Positions 29,325 to 40,732 of a stretch of 64,000 nt of DNA are shown in pieces (positions within the stretch are counted from its first letter, which is position 1; each line of letters begins with the position of its first letter). The stretch spans positions 1,870 to 65,869 of the forward strand of contig JBAVFD010000065.1 of assembly GCA_049588075.1 (NCBI GenBank), in the 5' to 3' direction. Origin of the DNA: Thiobacillus sp. (GTDB taxonomy: Bacteria; Pseudomonadota; Gammaproteobacteria; Burkholderiales; Thiobacillaceae). Under the pieces are notes generated by a model. The model was not told where the DNA came from, ran no database searches, and saw only the letters and a program-made list of their open reading frames with translations. The translations under genes and the position numbers were made by a program.

Positions 29325-32300
29325 CTACACCAACTGTGGGGTAGCCGTGCCCACCCCATGCATGCGATTGACTTCCTGCTCAATGAGTTCGGGGTGGGTG
29401 TCCAGGTCGTCCGACATGAACATCTCCCGAACCTCGTCGGTGACATCATGGCCATCAATGAAGATCACGTTGCGCAGGGAGTCTTTTGAAATGTCGTAGT
29501 AGCGATGCAGGAAAGCATTGAGCACGCCCAGATTCTCGCCTGGACTGGCCATGAACACCTGCAAACCCAGATCCTGCAGGTAGCGCATCGTGGCCGTGAT
29601 GTTGGTCGGGTCCATTTTGTTGAAGGCTTCATCGAGCAGGATCAGCCTGATGCCGTCGCGGTTGTCGCGGTCCAGGCGATAGGCCGATGCCAGTGCGGCA
29701 CCGGCAATTACGTACAAAGGCGCGCGGTGCTCGCCGCCGGATCCCGGCCCGATGCGCTTGCTCAGATGGCCAACCACCTTGGAGTCTCCCGTCAGCGGGT
29801 CATCCCGCTTAATTTCTATGTCAAATTCGTAAAATTCGCGGTAGTCATCCAGCGGGCTTTTGATGCTGCCGGCGCCTGGCGCGATCTTGTCGTCAAGCAG
29901 TTCCTTGAACTGTGGCGGGATCTCCCCGGCCCCGCCCAGCAAGTCTTCCTGTGGGCCGAAAGATGCGATGTTCTTCACGAATTCGAGAAGCGGCTTGAAG
30001 TGTGGTCGAACAATGCGCTTGAACTGATAACGCTCACCGTTGGTGAATGCCGGGCATTCTTTCAGCACCCGGTTGAGTTGCTCCATGGTGACATCAAGCG
30101 CCTCGATGTTCTGGCTCAGGGCCAAGGCAACGTCATTCCTGAATGTGTCCTGGGAAACCCTGTAGGCATCGTTCATCTGCTCTTTGTATTCGAGCAATTC
30201 CGTGTCCCGCAGCCGTTTCAGGATGTCGCCCATCCAGGACTGCGCTTTACGCCAGTCTTCACGCACCTCTTCGCTGGCCTGTTCACGGTATTTCGTCAGG
30301 AATTCGCCCATCAGGCCGCTTCCCTTGTTGGCTTCACTTTCTGATCGCCTGGTGAATTCCCTTTGCTTTCCGTCGCAGTAGATTGCCATGGCCACGTAGT
30401 CTTCACCCTGCTTTTCGAGCAGGTCATCCCACTTGCGCGATGAATATTCGGCGTCGTATTCCGGATCGTTGCGGGCAGCGTCAGCGGCTTTGCTGGCTAC
30501 TTGAACCTTGCCAGCTGCTGCTTCAACATTCCTTTTGCATTGGTCAAATGCAGTTTTTGCTGAACCGAGAATACCGTTAGCGGAAGTGACGGCTTGACCA
30601 AGTTCTTCCGCCTTTTTCGCCCAATCCTGCTCATCCCGGCCAAGCTGCATATATTCCTCATTGGCCGCGCCTTCGACTTTTCTTTCAAGGCTGGCTGCCG
30701 TGTCTTTAGCCTTTTCAGCATCCGTCCAGTAGCCCTTGATGTAGGTTTGAGCCTGTTCTTCAGGGGGGAAGATTCGAAGTACGCCGGATGTCGCTTCGAC
30801 AGCGCCTACTTGTAGCGCAATGGCTTTCGCTTCTTTCTCGCAATCCGCGACATGCTTTCTGGCTGCATCGAGGTGCCGCCCGCCACCATCCCGGCCAATT
30901 CGCAGGTCGCCATCGGAAACCAGTTTCAGGCGCTCGATGGTGCCTTTGCCGACGAGCATGCCGTCCTGCGTGAGGGTGCGCTTGCCGCGCTCCATGGCCT
31001 GAGCCGTGGTTGTGGCACACACCATGTCCCCAAAAAGACTACGCAGATAGGCAACCGCAGCCGGATCGGTGCCTTCGATCAATTCTGCTACGGAGCCGCT
31101 TTCATAACGACGACCGGGCTCCTGGCGGCTTTCCATCACGATCTTGGCCCCGTACACGGCACGTTTTTCGGGCAGGCCTCGATACACCTCAAATGCCTGT
31201 CGCTCCTGATTCTGAGTCACAAGCAATGCCTGCAGGTTGCCACCCAGGTAGGCCTCGATTGCAGGCTGCCATTCCTTTTTCGTGATCCTGACGACATCGC
31301 ACACCACCACGGGGCTGATCCCCTCGTCCCGCAATTCCCTCTGCAAGGTTTCGACGTTTGGGTTGAGCGGGGCTTTGCCCTGGCTGACTCGTTCAAGTGC
31401 GTTTTTTGCGTTCTGGAGGCGTTGCTTAGCTCCATTCTGCTGTTCGTTAAGTGCGTTGCCGATGGCTTTCAGATTCTGCTGCGCTTGCTCCGAAGTCTGA
31501 ATCGCGGATCGCAGGTGGGTATCAACATCGCTCCATTCAACTTCCTTGAACCGTTCGATGAGCACGGCCAGCTTTTGAGATTCGTCGGCCAGGCTGCGGC
31601 TGATAGCATCTTCCAGGGTTCCGGTCTCTGCGGCCTTTTTCAGATGGTCCCGGAACAGCGAAAGCTGACGAATGATGTCCTTTTTCTTCTGTTCTGCGTT
31701 GTCATGATTTGTACGGATCTGGCTCTGGAGCCCGGCGTAATCCGCATGCGAAGCATGCTGTTCGCGCAACTGGCGAAAGTGGCTCGTTTTATCTGCGGCT
31801 TCAATGTGGTCGTCACTTAATGAATTAAAAGTCTTCTCGGCTTGGGCGTGCGCTTCCTCGGCCTCATTTTTGAGACCTTCCGCTTCGTCATGCGCCTGAT
31901 TCGCCTGCTGGAGCGCCACATCCAGACCCAGGGCCTTCCATGTGGCTGCTTTGCTGGCCGCGATGGTGGCATTCTCGAACGCGGCTTCAACCGCTGCGCC
32001 ATCGGTAATCTTTTGCTCCACCTGAGCGACCAGCTCGGCCAGGCGCCGGAAGGAGTCGGTGACTTCCTTGAATCGCTTGATATTGGTTGGCCGGGATTCG
32101 AGCACGTCATTCCTGACAATCTCGTCCACCGTCTTGTCGAAACGCATTCTCAGGGCAAACTTGAATGCACGGACAAAGGCGTCGTATGAAGGTGCCCCAC
32201 CCGAGCCGCGCAGTTCAAGCAGGCAAGCGCGGATATAGCGTTCGGCCTCCTCAAACACGCATTCCTCGCCGGACACCCTTGATCGTTGAAGCAGCTGCTG

Positions 32301-32771
32301 TTTGAAGGTACTCCATTCCCTCGGGCTTTCCTTGCCGTCGACGGTCTCAAGGTGGTCACCCAGCGTCAGTTCCACGTCAGGCAGAAGATAGCGGCCCAGC
32401 ACTTTGTGCTGTTCGCTGTTTTCGTCGGCATAGATGCACACGCCCATGGAAACGGGCTTTCTGGTCTCTGAATCACGCCAGATCAGCGTGATGTAGGTGT
32501 TCGAGCGTGGCCGTACCCGGTCTTCGGCCGTATCGCCGTACTGGCCAAGGCAATAACTCCGGATTGAGCGGGTCGTCTTGTTCTCGTCAGCCTGAGCGTT
32601 CAGTGCCATCAGGCGGCTGTTGGCGCCAAACATGGCGATCTGGACGGCATCGAGAAACGAGCTTTTTCCGCTGCCGTTTGGCCCGAAAATCCCCGTGATC
32701 TCGGCAATGCGGACATGCTCTCTTTCATACAGAAAGAACTGCACCAGGTTGATGCTTTCCAGATATTTCAT
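29325..32771 (-). CDS. jetC: Wadjet SMC-like ATPase JetC
   Basis: 1148 aa; N-terminal LVQFFLYE, Walker A GPNGSGKS, long coiled coil, GPGSGGE signature and Walker B LILLDEAF. Confidence 0.9.
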   Translation of the reverse strand: MKYLESINLVQFFLYEREHVRIAEITGIFGPNGSGKSSFLDAVQIAMFGANSRLMALNAQADENKTTRSIRSYCLGQYGDTAEDRVRPRSNTYITLIWRDSETRKPVSMGVCIYADENSEQHKVLGRYLLPDVELTLGDHLETVDGKESPREWSTFKQQLLQRSRVSGEECVFEEAERYIRACLLELRGSGGAPSYDAFVRAFKFALRMRFDKTVDEIVRNDVLESRPTNIKRFKEVTDSFRRLAELVAQVEQKITDGAAVEAAFENATIAASKAATWKALGLDVALQQANQAHDEAEGLKNEAEEAHAQAEKTFNSLSDDHIEAADKTSHFRQLREQHASHADYAGLQSQIRTNHDNAEQKKKDIIRQLSLFRDHLKKAAETGTLEDAISRSLADESQKLAVLIERFKEVEWSDVDTHLRSAIQTSEQAQQNLKAIGNALNEQQNGAKQRLQNAKNALERVSQGKAPLNPNVETLQRELRDEGISPVVVCDVVRITKKEWQPAIEAYLGGNLQALLVTQNQERQAFEVYRGLPEKRAVYGAKIVMESRQEPGRRYESGSVAELIEGTDPAAVAYLRSLFGDMVCATTTAQAMERGKRTLTQDGMLVGKGTIERLKLVSDGDLRIGRDGGGRHLDAARKHVADCEKEAKAIALQVGAVEATSGVLRIFPPEEQAQTYIKGYWTDAEKAKDTAASLERKVEGAANEEYMQLGRDEQDWAKKAEELGQAVTSANGILGSAKTAFDQCKRNVEAAAGKVQVASKAADAARNDPEYDAEYSSRKWDDLLEKQGEDYVAMAIYCDGKQREFTRRSESEANKGSGLMGEFLTKYREQASEEVREDWRKAQSWMGDILKRLRDTELLEYKEQMNDAYRVSQDTFRNDVALALSQNIEALDVTMEQLNRVLKECPAFTNGERYQFKRIVRPHFKPLLEFVKNIASFGPQEDLLGGAGEIPPQFKELLDDKIAPGAGSIKSPLDDYREFYEFDIEIKRDDPLTGDSKVVGHLSKRIGPGSGGEHRAPLYVIAGAALASAYRLDRDNRDGIRLILLDEAFNKMDPTNITATMRYLQDLGLQVFMASPGENLGVLNAFLHRYYDISKDSLRNVIFIDGHDVTDEVREMFMSDDLDTHPELIEQEVNRMHGVGTATPQLV

Positions 32772-33448
32772 GCTTCAGCTTCCTCTTGCTGATCCGGTCC
32801 TTGACCTTCACCTTCTTCAGTCTGCTCTTGTGCGGGCTTGAACGATTGTGTGAACTGGTCCAGCCGGGAGATCGCCGTTTCACCCAGCAGATCCACAATG
32901 GCGGGGCGTATGGCCAGGACGTAGGGTTGATCGGTGCTGATGCCCGTATCGGTGAACTCATGTTCATCCATCTTGCGAACGATTCCCCAGCGTTTCAGTG
33001 TTTTGACCAGGCTCTCCAACTCGCCTTTGGCGGGCAGTTCGCGCTTTCCGGACGTGGAGAGACGATACTTTTCCTCCAGCTCGACCAGGTCGCAGATCAC
33101 TTCGCCGTCATCGTTCAACTGACCGGTTCGGGCCTGTTCGTCGTAGATCTTCCGGAGCACCAGCGCGAGGAGCGTTTGCGCGGTATTGGCCGTGCCTGCC
33201 TTGCCGTTGTCAGGAGTCGCGCAGGCATAGCGCAGTTGCCGGTTCACGATCAGGCCGCTGCCGACCATTGAGAGGACGTGTTTGAAATCGCGTTCAAACC
33301 GCTCGACCATGGCGTATGCCACGCGACTATGCTTGTCAGCGTAATAAAGCACCTGTTCAGAGAGCAGGCGGCTGGCCGTCGACTGGAATTCCTCTGCCTC
33401 ATATTGCCTGTCGGTCTTGTTTGCGACGTTTTCCCAATACTGGCTCAT
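32768..33448 (-). CDS. jetB: Wadjet JetB (DUF4194-like)
   Basis: TLLALVLRKIYDE motif, about 226 aa, ATGA overlaps with both jetA and jetC. Confidence 0.82.
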   Translation of the reverse strand: MSQYWENVANKTDRQYEAEEFQSTASRLLSEQVLYYADKHSRVAYAMVERFERDFKHVLSMVGSGLIVNRQLRYACATPDNGKAGTANTAQTLLALVLRKIYDEQARTGQLNDDGEVICDLVELEEKYRLSTSGKRELPAKGELESLVKTLKRWGIVRKMDEHEFTDTGISTDQPYVLAIRPAIVDLLGETAISRLDQFTQSFKPAQEQTEEGEGQGPDQQEEAEA

Positions 33449-34920
33449 GCCGATTTCCCTTTGGTTGCGGCCGGTTTCTTCGCGCTCTCGATCTGAAACG
33501 GAACACCGGTAATCCACTTGTTTTCGATTTCCTTGTCGCCTGTGCGACGGACCTTGAAGCCGCGCATCATGGTTGACGCCTGCTGCCGCAAATAGGCCGA
33601 TCCGCTATCCATGGCCGCGCCGAGGACCAACAAGGTCTGATAAGCTCGGACGTCGGCTAGGCCGCCGAGCTGCAGATCCTCGCTGGCGATGGTTTGTTTG
33701 CCGGAAAGCTGTCGGGACACGAACTCAGCCAGCTTTGGGGCGTTAACCAGCCGCAGATTGCGGGCAAGGGCCCGCAACTTCGCCCGGGCAATGTCTTCGT
33801 CAGTGGGCGTGGTTTCCCGAAGTTGAGGCGCTTTCTCTCGCACTTCTTGTCGGCGCGGCTCGGCAAGGTTGGCCGGGCTGATCATGTCACCGGGAGCGAA
33901 TGGACCTTCATGAGCATCCTCGCCAGAGTCCATGACTCGTACGATCGCAGCATCGACTACCTTGTCGATAGGCCGGAGCGATCGCAGGCGGTAATCCAGG
34001 TAGGCAAGGGCCCGGCGGTTTGCGCGCCGAATCTCGTCATCCAGTCGCTCCAGGTAATCGTCGATCCGCTGGATATCGCGCAATTTCTGCACATCGCGCT
34101 CGAACATGCGTTCCGCTTTTGTCCGGTCGCCCTGGAAGCGTTTGGTTTCGTACCAGGTGATCAGGCGCTCGCGGCTCTGCTCGGAGGTGTGCAGATCCTC
34201 GACCCAGTGCAGGATCTGCGGACGCCGCGACAGCGGGTGCTCGCGGGTCCGGAGCTCCTTGTAGTCGCCGATGAACACCTGCTCGATGAAATCGCTGAAG
34301 AAGCGGCGGACGTACTGGGTGGTGGTTTCCTCTGCTCCGAGCGCGCTCATCAAATCGCGGATGTTCGTACCGGTATTACGGATGTGCTCAAGAAGGTTTC
34401 TTGCCTGATCAGCCGCCTCGACAAGCGAGTCGCCGCCGGCGCCTTCCATCACCAGCTTCAGGTTGGCTTCGATTGATCGAACCTTGCCCGCCACATAGAT
34501 CGGCCCGGTTTCCGCGAAGTTGATAAGCTGGCCCAGAAACTGGTTGACCGCCGGGGTCATGGAGACCCGCTTGTCGACGCCATGACGGTCCAGGCGAAGC
34601 CAGCCGCAATCATGCAGCCGGTTGAAGATGGTGATGGCCCGGATGCCAAGCGGCGTTTCGGGCGTCGCGCCGTCCTCGTCCGTCCAGGCGTCGTGAATGA
34701 CCAGTTCGGATTCGATATCCTGGGTGATGTCACGGGTCGTGAACCCAAAACTGGGGGGCAGCGGAGCATCTGGCCCGAAGCGCCTGTCGTAGAGCGCGCA
34801 CAGGATGCCCCAGTAGGTCTGCTTATTGGGCGAGGCGAGCGGCGCAAACAGCCGCTCCGGTAGCCGCGTGAACAGAAGGGAGGCGGCAGCGCCGCCAGCA
34901 CCTAGCGGTTGAAAAGCCAC
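33445..34920 (-). CDS. jetA: Wadjet JetA (kleisin-like)
   Basis: LF..LPERLFAPLASPN N-terminus, L..CGWL, about 490 aa; first gene of the jetABCD run. Confidence 0.8.
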   Translation of the reverse strand: MAFQPLGAGGAAASLLFTRLPERLFAPLASPNKQTYWGILCALYDRRFGPDAPLPPSFGFTTRDITQDIESELVIHDAWTDEDGATPETPLGIRAITIFNRLHDCGWLRLDRHGVDKRVSMTPAVNQFLGQLINFAETGPIYVAGKVRSIEANLKLVMEGAGGDSLVEAADQARNLLEHIRNTGTNIRDLMSALGAEETTTQYVRRFFSDFIEQVFIGDYKELRTREHPLSRRPQILHWVEDLHTSEQSRERLITWYETKRFQGDRTKAERMFERDVQKLRDIQRIDDYLERLDDEIRRANRRALAYLDYRLRSLRPIDKVVDAAIVRVMDSGEDAHEGPFAPGDMISPANLAEPRRQEVREKAPQLRETTPTDEDIARAKLRALARNLRLVNAPKLAEFVSRQLSGKQTIASEDLQLGGLADVRAYQTLLVLGAAMDSGSAYLRQQASTMMRGFKVRRTGDKEIENKWITGVPFQIESAKKPAATKGKSA

Positions 34921-35762
34921 TTGGACACCTCCCGTGCGTTTTCAACGGCGATCAGATACTCGGGCGCGTGCTGGATCTTTGTGTCCATCGCGGCGTGTAT
35001 GTCCAGAATGAAATAGGGGACCAGAGCCGCGCGGCAGGTTTCCACGCGGCTCGCGGTCCCATTGAAGTATTCGGCCTGGATCACTCTGGCCTGCGCAGGA
35101 GAGAGTTCAGGGTGGGCGACCAGGCGAACCTTGACCTTGGTGTTCCAGTCGGGGTCATCGAATCGGGTGCGATCCGCGAGACGCGCCAAAGGCTTCACTT
35201 CGAGGATCCGCCCCAGTGCGTAATCCCGGAATTCCTGATGGGCCTCGCTGTAGGCGCGCACATGCCACCTGCGGCCGGCGAGAACCAGGCTGTGCGGATA
35301 GATCGTGCGGCGATGCGGAGCCGGTTCGCTCATCGACATGTATTCGATTTCGACGGCTTTTGCCTGTCTGATCGAATTTCCGAGGCTGGCGAATGTCTTG
35401 GGTGCCGGGGCGGTGATGCTTGGCGTCGCCGACCAGGCCACCGAACTGCCATCTTCCATGGCCGACGCATAGGGAAGCCCGACCATGGACAGGTAACGGG
35501 AAAGCGATTCGGAAATGTCTGCCTGAGAGGCCTTGGTGTACCGCTTGTAGAAATCTGACGTAGCGAAGTAGCTCCTGGACTTGCTGTCCCATTGCATCCA
35601 GGTTGGGTTCAGGTCGCGGATTTCCTTGATCCATTGGCTGGCCCGTGGCAAACCAATCCCAAACAGCTCGCATACCCGCGAACGGTAAATGCGCCCTTCC
35701 CAAACCAGCAAAAGCTCCAGAAGGGTAAGGCGTTGTTGCGGGCTGTCGTTCCGTTGGTCCAT
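34902..35762 (-). CDS. WYL-domain transcriptional regulator (CapW/BrxR-like)
   Basis: wHTH 'RLTLLELLLVWEGRIYRSRVCELFGI..P.AS', WYL core 'YMSMSEP..HRRTIYPHSL....RRWHVRAY...FRDYALGRI' and C-terminal WCX-like region. Confidence 0.9.
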   Translation of the reverse strand: MDQRNDSPQQRLTLLELLLVWEGRIYRSRVCELFGIGLPRASQWIKEIRDLNPTWMQWDSKSRSYFATSDFYKRYTKASQADISESLSRYLSMVGLPYASAMEDGSSVAWSATPSITAPAPKTFASLGNSIRQAKAVEIEYMSMSEPAPHRRTIYPHSLVLAGRRWHVRAYSEAHQEFRDYALGRILEVKPLARLADRTRFDDPDWNTKVKVRLVAHPELSPAQARVIQAEYFNGTASRVETCRAALVPYFILDIHAAMDTKIQHAPEYLIAVENAREVSKWLFNR

Positions 35763-35773
35763 GTGCTTTTCCG

Positions 35774-35813
35774 TATGTTATAGAAAAATATAACATATAA
35801 TTTCTTATAACAT
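35774..35813. promoter_or_regulatory. Candidate WYL-regulator operator
   Basis: Perfect 9-bp inverted repeat TATGTTATA-GAAAAA-TATAACATA (35774-35797) plus a third half-site TATAACAT (35806-35813), 11 bp from the start codon. Confidence 0.75.
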
Positions 35814-36159
35814 TGACCTTGCAGCAAAAAACCCCTGCCTGCCAACACTGTAACCAGGGGGTTGCCCCACCCTGCGTTCCGTGGCTTCACTTCGTGCGAC
35901 CGCTTTGACCATAGAAGCGACGGAGGGAGGCTCTCTCAGACAGGCGGGTCGTCGGCCGAAGCAGCCTGTCCCCACTTTCCACAACCGGTCATTCAGGAAC
36001 GTCTGCTTCTGAAGATGCCGAATCGTCATTTTCGACTCATTGCAGACGGGTTGATGGAGAACGCCAGCCTTAAACGGACGATCACCGCTTGCACCATCGC
36101 ACCGCGCCCACAGCAAAACCAAAGGGCTGCGCGTGTGCGTTATTCGGGCACCGCCTTTA

Positions 36160-37560
36160 TCATCGCCAACCACCGCCGAGCACTTTGTACAGCGTCACGC
36201 GGTTGGCGGCGTCGGCCAGCCGTACGATGATCAGCTCCTGCTCGGCAAGGTAGCGCGAGCGCTGGGCGTCGAGCAAGCCTAGATAGCTGTCCGCCCCGCC
36301 CTTATAACGCGCATCCGACAGGTGGAAAGCTGCCTGCGTGGCCTCAACCTGCTGGCGCCGGGCGTCAAGCCGCTCGGCGAGCGAGGCACGGTCAGCCAAC
36401 GCATCGGCCACCTCACGGAAGGCGCTCTGGATAGCCTTCTCGTACTGCGCCACGTTGATGTCGCGCTGCACCTCGGCTACGTCCAGGCTCGCCTGCAGGC
36501 GACCCGCCTCGAAAACAGGAATGCGGATCTGAGGGATGAAGCTCCAGGCTCCAGATCCGCCGCTGAAAAGGCCATCCATGGTGCTGCTGGCGGTGCCGGC
36601 GGCGGCGGTCAGCGTAATGCTCGGGAAGAAAGCTGCGCGTGCGGCGCCGATGCTGGCATTGGCAGCACGCAGTGCGCGTTCGGCCTGCAGAATATCGGGG
36701 CGCTGGGTGAGCACGTCGGAAGGCACACCAGTTGGCAATTCGGCCACAGCGCTAACCGTGTCGGTGAGCGTGGCTGGCAGCAGGTCGGCCGGCACCGGGG
36801 CGCCGACAACGAGTGCGAGCGCATTTTCGTCCTGAGCGGCGAAGCTGTTGTAACGCGCAACGTCGGCACGAGCGCTTTGCAGCAACTGCTGCGACTGGTT
36901 CAGGTCGAGCGCCGAGACCACACCTGCTTCGAAGCTGCGTCGGATCAGATCGTGGGATTTCTGCCGTGTCTCGTAGGTGCTGCGAGCCAGCGCCAGGCGT
37001 TCGTTGTCAAACGCGAGCGTCAGCCAGGTGCCGGCAACTTCGGCCACCAGGCTTATCTGGGCGCTGCGGCGCGCCTCCTCGGTGCCGAGATATTGCTCCA
37101 GCGCTGCTGCGTTAAGGCTGCGGATGCGGCCAAAGAAATCCAGCTCGTAAGAGGAGAAACCGATCGTGGCGTTGTACTGGCGACTGATCCCAGCCTCACC
37201 GCTGCTGGTCAGTTCGCCAGGCAGGCGCTGTGCGGTTTGTTCGCCGATCGCGCCGACAGATGGAAACAAGTCAGCACGCTGGATGCGGTACTGCGCGCGC
37301 GCCTGCTCGATGTTGAGTGCAGCTACGCGCAGGTCGCGGTTGTTGGCGAGCGCCAGCGCGATCACTTGGCGCAGTTGCGCATTGACAAAATAGTCACGCC
37401 AGGCGATGGCATCGGCTGGTGTCGCCGAAGCTACCTGGGGCGCATTCGGAAAACTCGCCGGCACCGGCGCCGCGGGCCGCTGGTATTCCGGGATCATCGT
37501 GCAGGCGCTCGCCAGGGTGGCGGCAATAGCGACGGTCAGGGTGCGTAACGGACTCATCAC
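36160..37560 (-). CDS. RND outer-membrane lipoprotein channel (OprM/NodT family)
   Basis: Lipobox [36 protein letters not shown] and LYKVLGGGW. Confidence 0.93.
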   Translation of the reverse strand: MMSPLRTLTVAIAATLASACTMIPEYQRPAAPVPASFPNAPQVASATPADAIAWRDYFVNAQLRQVIALALANNRDLRVAALNIEQARAQYRIQRADLFPSVGAIGEQTAQRLPGELTSSGEAGISRQYNATIGFSSYELDFFGRIRSLNAAALEQYLGTEEARRSAQISLVAEVAGTWLTLAFDNERLALARSTYETRQKSHDLIRRSFEAGVVSALDLNQSQQLLQSARADVARYNSFAAQDENALALVVGAPVPADLLPATLTDTVSAVAELPTGVPSDVLTQRPDILQAERALRAANASIGAARAAFFPSITLTAAAGTASSTMDGLFSGGSGAWSFIPQIRIPVFEAGRLQASLDVAEVQRDINVAQYEKAIQSAFREVADALADRASLAERLDARRQQVEATQAAFHLSDARYKGGADSYLGLLDAQRSRYLAEQELIIVRLADAANRVTLYKVLGGGWR

Positions 37561-40500
37561 TTGAACTCCAGTTGGGCTGCTGCAGAGGCTGTTTCTGCCG
37601 CCTGTGGTTTGCTCTTGAACAGACGCATGATCACCACGTAGAACAGCGGGATGAAGAAAAGGCCGAGCAAGGTGCCAGCGAGGGTACCGCCGAGCACGCC
37701 AGTGCCGATCGCGTTCTGACTGCCCGAGCCGGCGCCGGTGGCGATCGCCAGCGGCAGCACACCGAGACCGAAGGCGAGCGAGGTCATCAAGATCGGACGC
37801 AGCCGCATACGCACTGCATTAAGCGTGGCACTGATTAGGTCCTTACCCTCCTGCTCCATCTGCGCCTTGGCGAATTCCACGATCAGAATCGCGTTCTTCG
37901 ACGAAAGGCCGATGGTAGCCAGCAGGCCAACCTGGAAATACACGTCATTCGACAGGCCGCGCCCGGTTGCCGCAACCACCGCACCGAGCACGCCGAGCGG
38001 CACCACCAGCATGACGGCGAACGGCACCGACCAGCTTTCGTACAACGCTGCCAGGCAGAGGAACACCACCAGCAGCGACAGCGCGTACAGCCCCGGCGCC
38101 TGGGTGCCGCTGCGGCGCTCCTCGTAGGAGGTGCCGCTCCATTCGTAGCCAATGCCTGGCGGCAGCTTGGCGATGATCTCCTCGACCGCCGCCATCGCGT
38201 CGCCCGACGACAGCCCGGGCGCGGCTTGGCCTTGCAGCTCGACCGACGACTGGCCGTTGAAGCGCTCCAGCCGCGGCGAGCCGTAGGCCCAGTGCGCGGT
38301 GGCGAACGCCGACAAGGGCACCATCTCGCCCTGCTGGTTGCGCACGTACCACTTGGACAGATCTTCCGGCTTCATGCGCGCATCGGCGTCGGCCTGCACA
38401 TACACTTTCTTGATGCGGCCGCGATCGATGAAGTCGTTGACATAGGTGCCGCCCCAAGCGGTGGCGAGCGTGTCGTTGATATCTGCCACCGAGACGCCGA
38501 GCGCGCCCGCCTTGGCATGATCGATGTCGAGCTGGTACTCGGCGACGTCGTCCTGGCCGTTGGGACGCACGCCGACCAGGCGCTTGTCCTGCGACGCGAG
38601 ACCGAGAAACTGGTTGCGCGCGCTGATCAGCGCATCGTGGCCGAGGCCGGCGCGATCCTGCAGTTGCACATTGAAACCGCTCGATGTGCCGAGTTCGAGC
38701 ACCGCCGGCGGCACGAAGGCAAACACCATCGCTTCGCGGATCTGCGAGAACGCGGCCATCGCGCGTCCGGCAACTGATTTCACGTCCTGTCCCGGCTCAT
38801 GGCGCTCATCCCAGTCCTTCATGCCGACGAAGCCGAGCCCCATGTTCTGGCCGCTACCGCCGAAGCTGAAACCGGCCGCGGTAAAGATCGATTTCACGCT
38901 GTCTTTCTCGTTTTCGAGGAAGTGGTGCTCGACTTTTTTCAGCACCTCGACGGTACGCTCCTGGGTCGCCCCGGCCGGCAGCATGATCTGGGTGAACATC
39001 ACGCCCTGGTCTTCTTCCGGGAGAAAAGAAGTTGGCAGACGAACGAACAGTAGCGCCAGTACGACGATGATAGCGGCGTAGATCACCAGGAAGCGCAGGC
39101 TGCGTCGCAGGATATTGCCCACTGCCGATTCATAGCGCTGCGTATTGCGCTCGAACATGCGGTTAAACCAACTGAAGAAGCCGGAAAGCCAGCCGCCTTC
39201 ACCGTGGCCGTGGCCCTTTTGCACAGGCTTCAGCATGGTCGCACACAGCGCCGGCGTGAAAATGATCGCAACCAGTACCGACAGCGCCATCGCCGCGACA
39301 ATGGTGATCGAGAACTGGCGATAGATGACGCCGGTGGAACCGCCGAAGAAGGCCATCGGCACGAACACCGCCGACAGCACCAGGCCGATGCCGACCAGTG
39401 CGCCGGTGATCTGGCGCATCGATTTCTTGGTCGCTTCCTTCGGTGACAGTCCTTCCTCACTCATCACGCGTTCAACGTTTTCAACCACCACGATGGCATC
39501 GTCCACCAAGAGGCCGATGGCCAGCACAAGTCCGAACATGGTCAACGTATTGATCGAGAAGCCGAACGCAGCCATCACGCCGAAGGTGCCGAGCAGCACC
39601 ACCGGCACGGCGATGGTGGGAATGAGGGTGGCACGGAAATTCTGCAGAAACAGATACATCACTAGGAACACCAGGATGATCGCCTCGATCAGGGTCTCCA
39701 CCACGCCCATGATGGATATCTTGACGAAAGGCGTGGTGTCGTAAGGCACCACGACCTCGATCCCAGCGGGGAAATACGCCTTCATCTGCTCGACCTTGGC
39801 GCGTACCGCATCCGCCGTATCGAGCGCATTGGCCCCGGCGGCGAGTTTGATGCCGATACCTGCGGCGGGCTGGCCGTTGAAGCGCCCGACGATGCCATAG
39901 TTCTCGGCGCCGATTTCGACGCGGGCGACATCCTTTAGGCGTACTTCTCCACCCTGCGCCGAGCTGCGCAACAGGATCTGCTCGAACTCCCCGACGGTCT
40001 GCAACCGGCTCTGCGCGGTGATCGATGCAGTGAAACCCTGCCCCGCCACCGCCGGCGTGCCGCCGAGTTGGCCGGCCGACACCTGGTTATTTTGCGCCCG
40101 GATTGCGGCCTGCACGTCGGCTGGGGTGAGCCTGAAACTGTTCAGTTTCGCCGGGTCGATCCAGATGCGCATGGCGTACTGGGCGCCGAACACCTGCACC
40201 TCGCCGACGCCGGTCACGCGCGACAGCGGTTCCTGCACTGTCGAGTTGAGGAAGTCGGACAGGTCGACCCGGCTCAGGCTGCCATCCTTGGACACGAAGC
40301 CAAGTACCATCAGGAAGTTGCGCGTCGATTTCACCACCTGCACGCCCTGCTGCTGCACCGCCAGCGGCAGCAGTGGCAGCGCGAGCTGCAGCTTGTTCTG
40401 CGTCTGCACCTGCGCAATGTCGGGGTCAGTGCCGGCATCGAAGGTCAGCGTCACCGTGACTTTGCCGTAGGAGTCGGACGACGAATTCATGTAGAGCAAG

Positions 40501-40721
40501 TTGTCGAGTCCGGTCAGCTTCTGTTCGATGACCTGCGTGACGGAGTCCTCCACCGTCTTCGCCGAGGCGCCGGGATAGGTGGCGTTGATGGCGATGGTGG
40601 GCGGCGCGATGGCCGGATACTGCGACACCGGCAGCGCCAGGATGGACAGTCCACCCGCGAGCATGATGACGATGGCGATGACCCACGCGAAGATGGGACG
40701 GTCGATGAAAAAGCGGGCCAT
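37557..40721 (-). CDS. RND efflux transporter (AcrB/MexB, HAE1 family)
   Basis: [40 protein letters not shown] and RLRPILMTS. Confidence 0.96.
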   Translation of the reverse strand: MARFFIDRPIFAWVIAIVIMLAGGLSILALPVSQYPAIAPPTIAINATYPGASAKTVEDSVTQVIEQKLTGLDNLLYMNSSSDSYGKVTVTLTFDAGTDPDIAQVQTQNKLQLALPLLPLAVQQQGVQVVKSTRNFLMVLGFVSKDGSLSRVDLSDFLNSTVQEPLSRVTGVGEVQVFGAQYAMRIWIDPAKLNSFRLTPADVQAAIRAQNNQVSAGQLGGTPAVAGQGFTASITAQSRLQTVGEFEQILLRSSAQGGEVRLKDVARVEIGAENYGIVGRFNGQPAAGIGIKLAAGANALDTADAVRAKVEQMKAYFPAGIEVVVPYDTTPFVKISIMGVVETLIEAIILVFLVMYLFLQNFRATLIPTIAVPVVLLGTFGVMAAFGFSINTLTMFGLVLAIGLLVDDAIVVVENVERVMSEEGLSPKEATKKSMRQITGALVGIGLVLSAVFVPMAFFGGSTGVIYRQFSITIVAAMALSVLVAIIFTPALCATMLKPVQKGHGHGEGGWLSGFFSWFNRMFERNTQRYESAVGNILRRSLRFLVIYAAIIVVLALLFVRLPTSFLPEEDQGVMFTQIMLPAGATQERTVEVLKKVEHHFLENEKDSVKSIFTAAGFSFGGSGQNMGLGFVGMKDWDERHEPGQDVKSVAGRAMAAFSQIREAMVFAFVPPAVLELGTSSGFNVQLQDRAGLGHDALISARNQFLGLASQDKRLVGVRPNGQDDVAEYQLDIDHAKAGALGVSVADINDTLATAWGGTYVNDFIDRGRIKKVYVQADADARMKPEDLSKWYVRNQQGEMVPLSAFATAHWAYGSPRLERFNGQSSVELQGQAAPGLSSGDAMAAVEEIIAKLPPGIGYEWSGTSYEERRSGTQAPGLYALSLLVVFLCLAALYESWSVPFAVMLVVPLGVLGAVVAATGRGLSNDVYFQVGLLATIGLSSKNAILIVEFAKAQMEQEGKDLISATLNAVRMRLRPILMTSLAFGLGVLPLAIATGAGSGSQNAIGTGVLGGTLAGTLLGLFFIPLFYVVIMRLFKSKPQAAETASAAAQLEFK

Positions 40722-40732
40722 GGTCTGTTACC

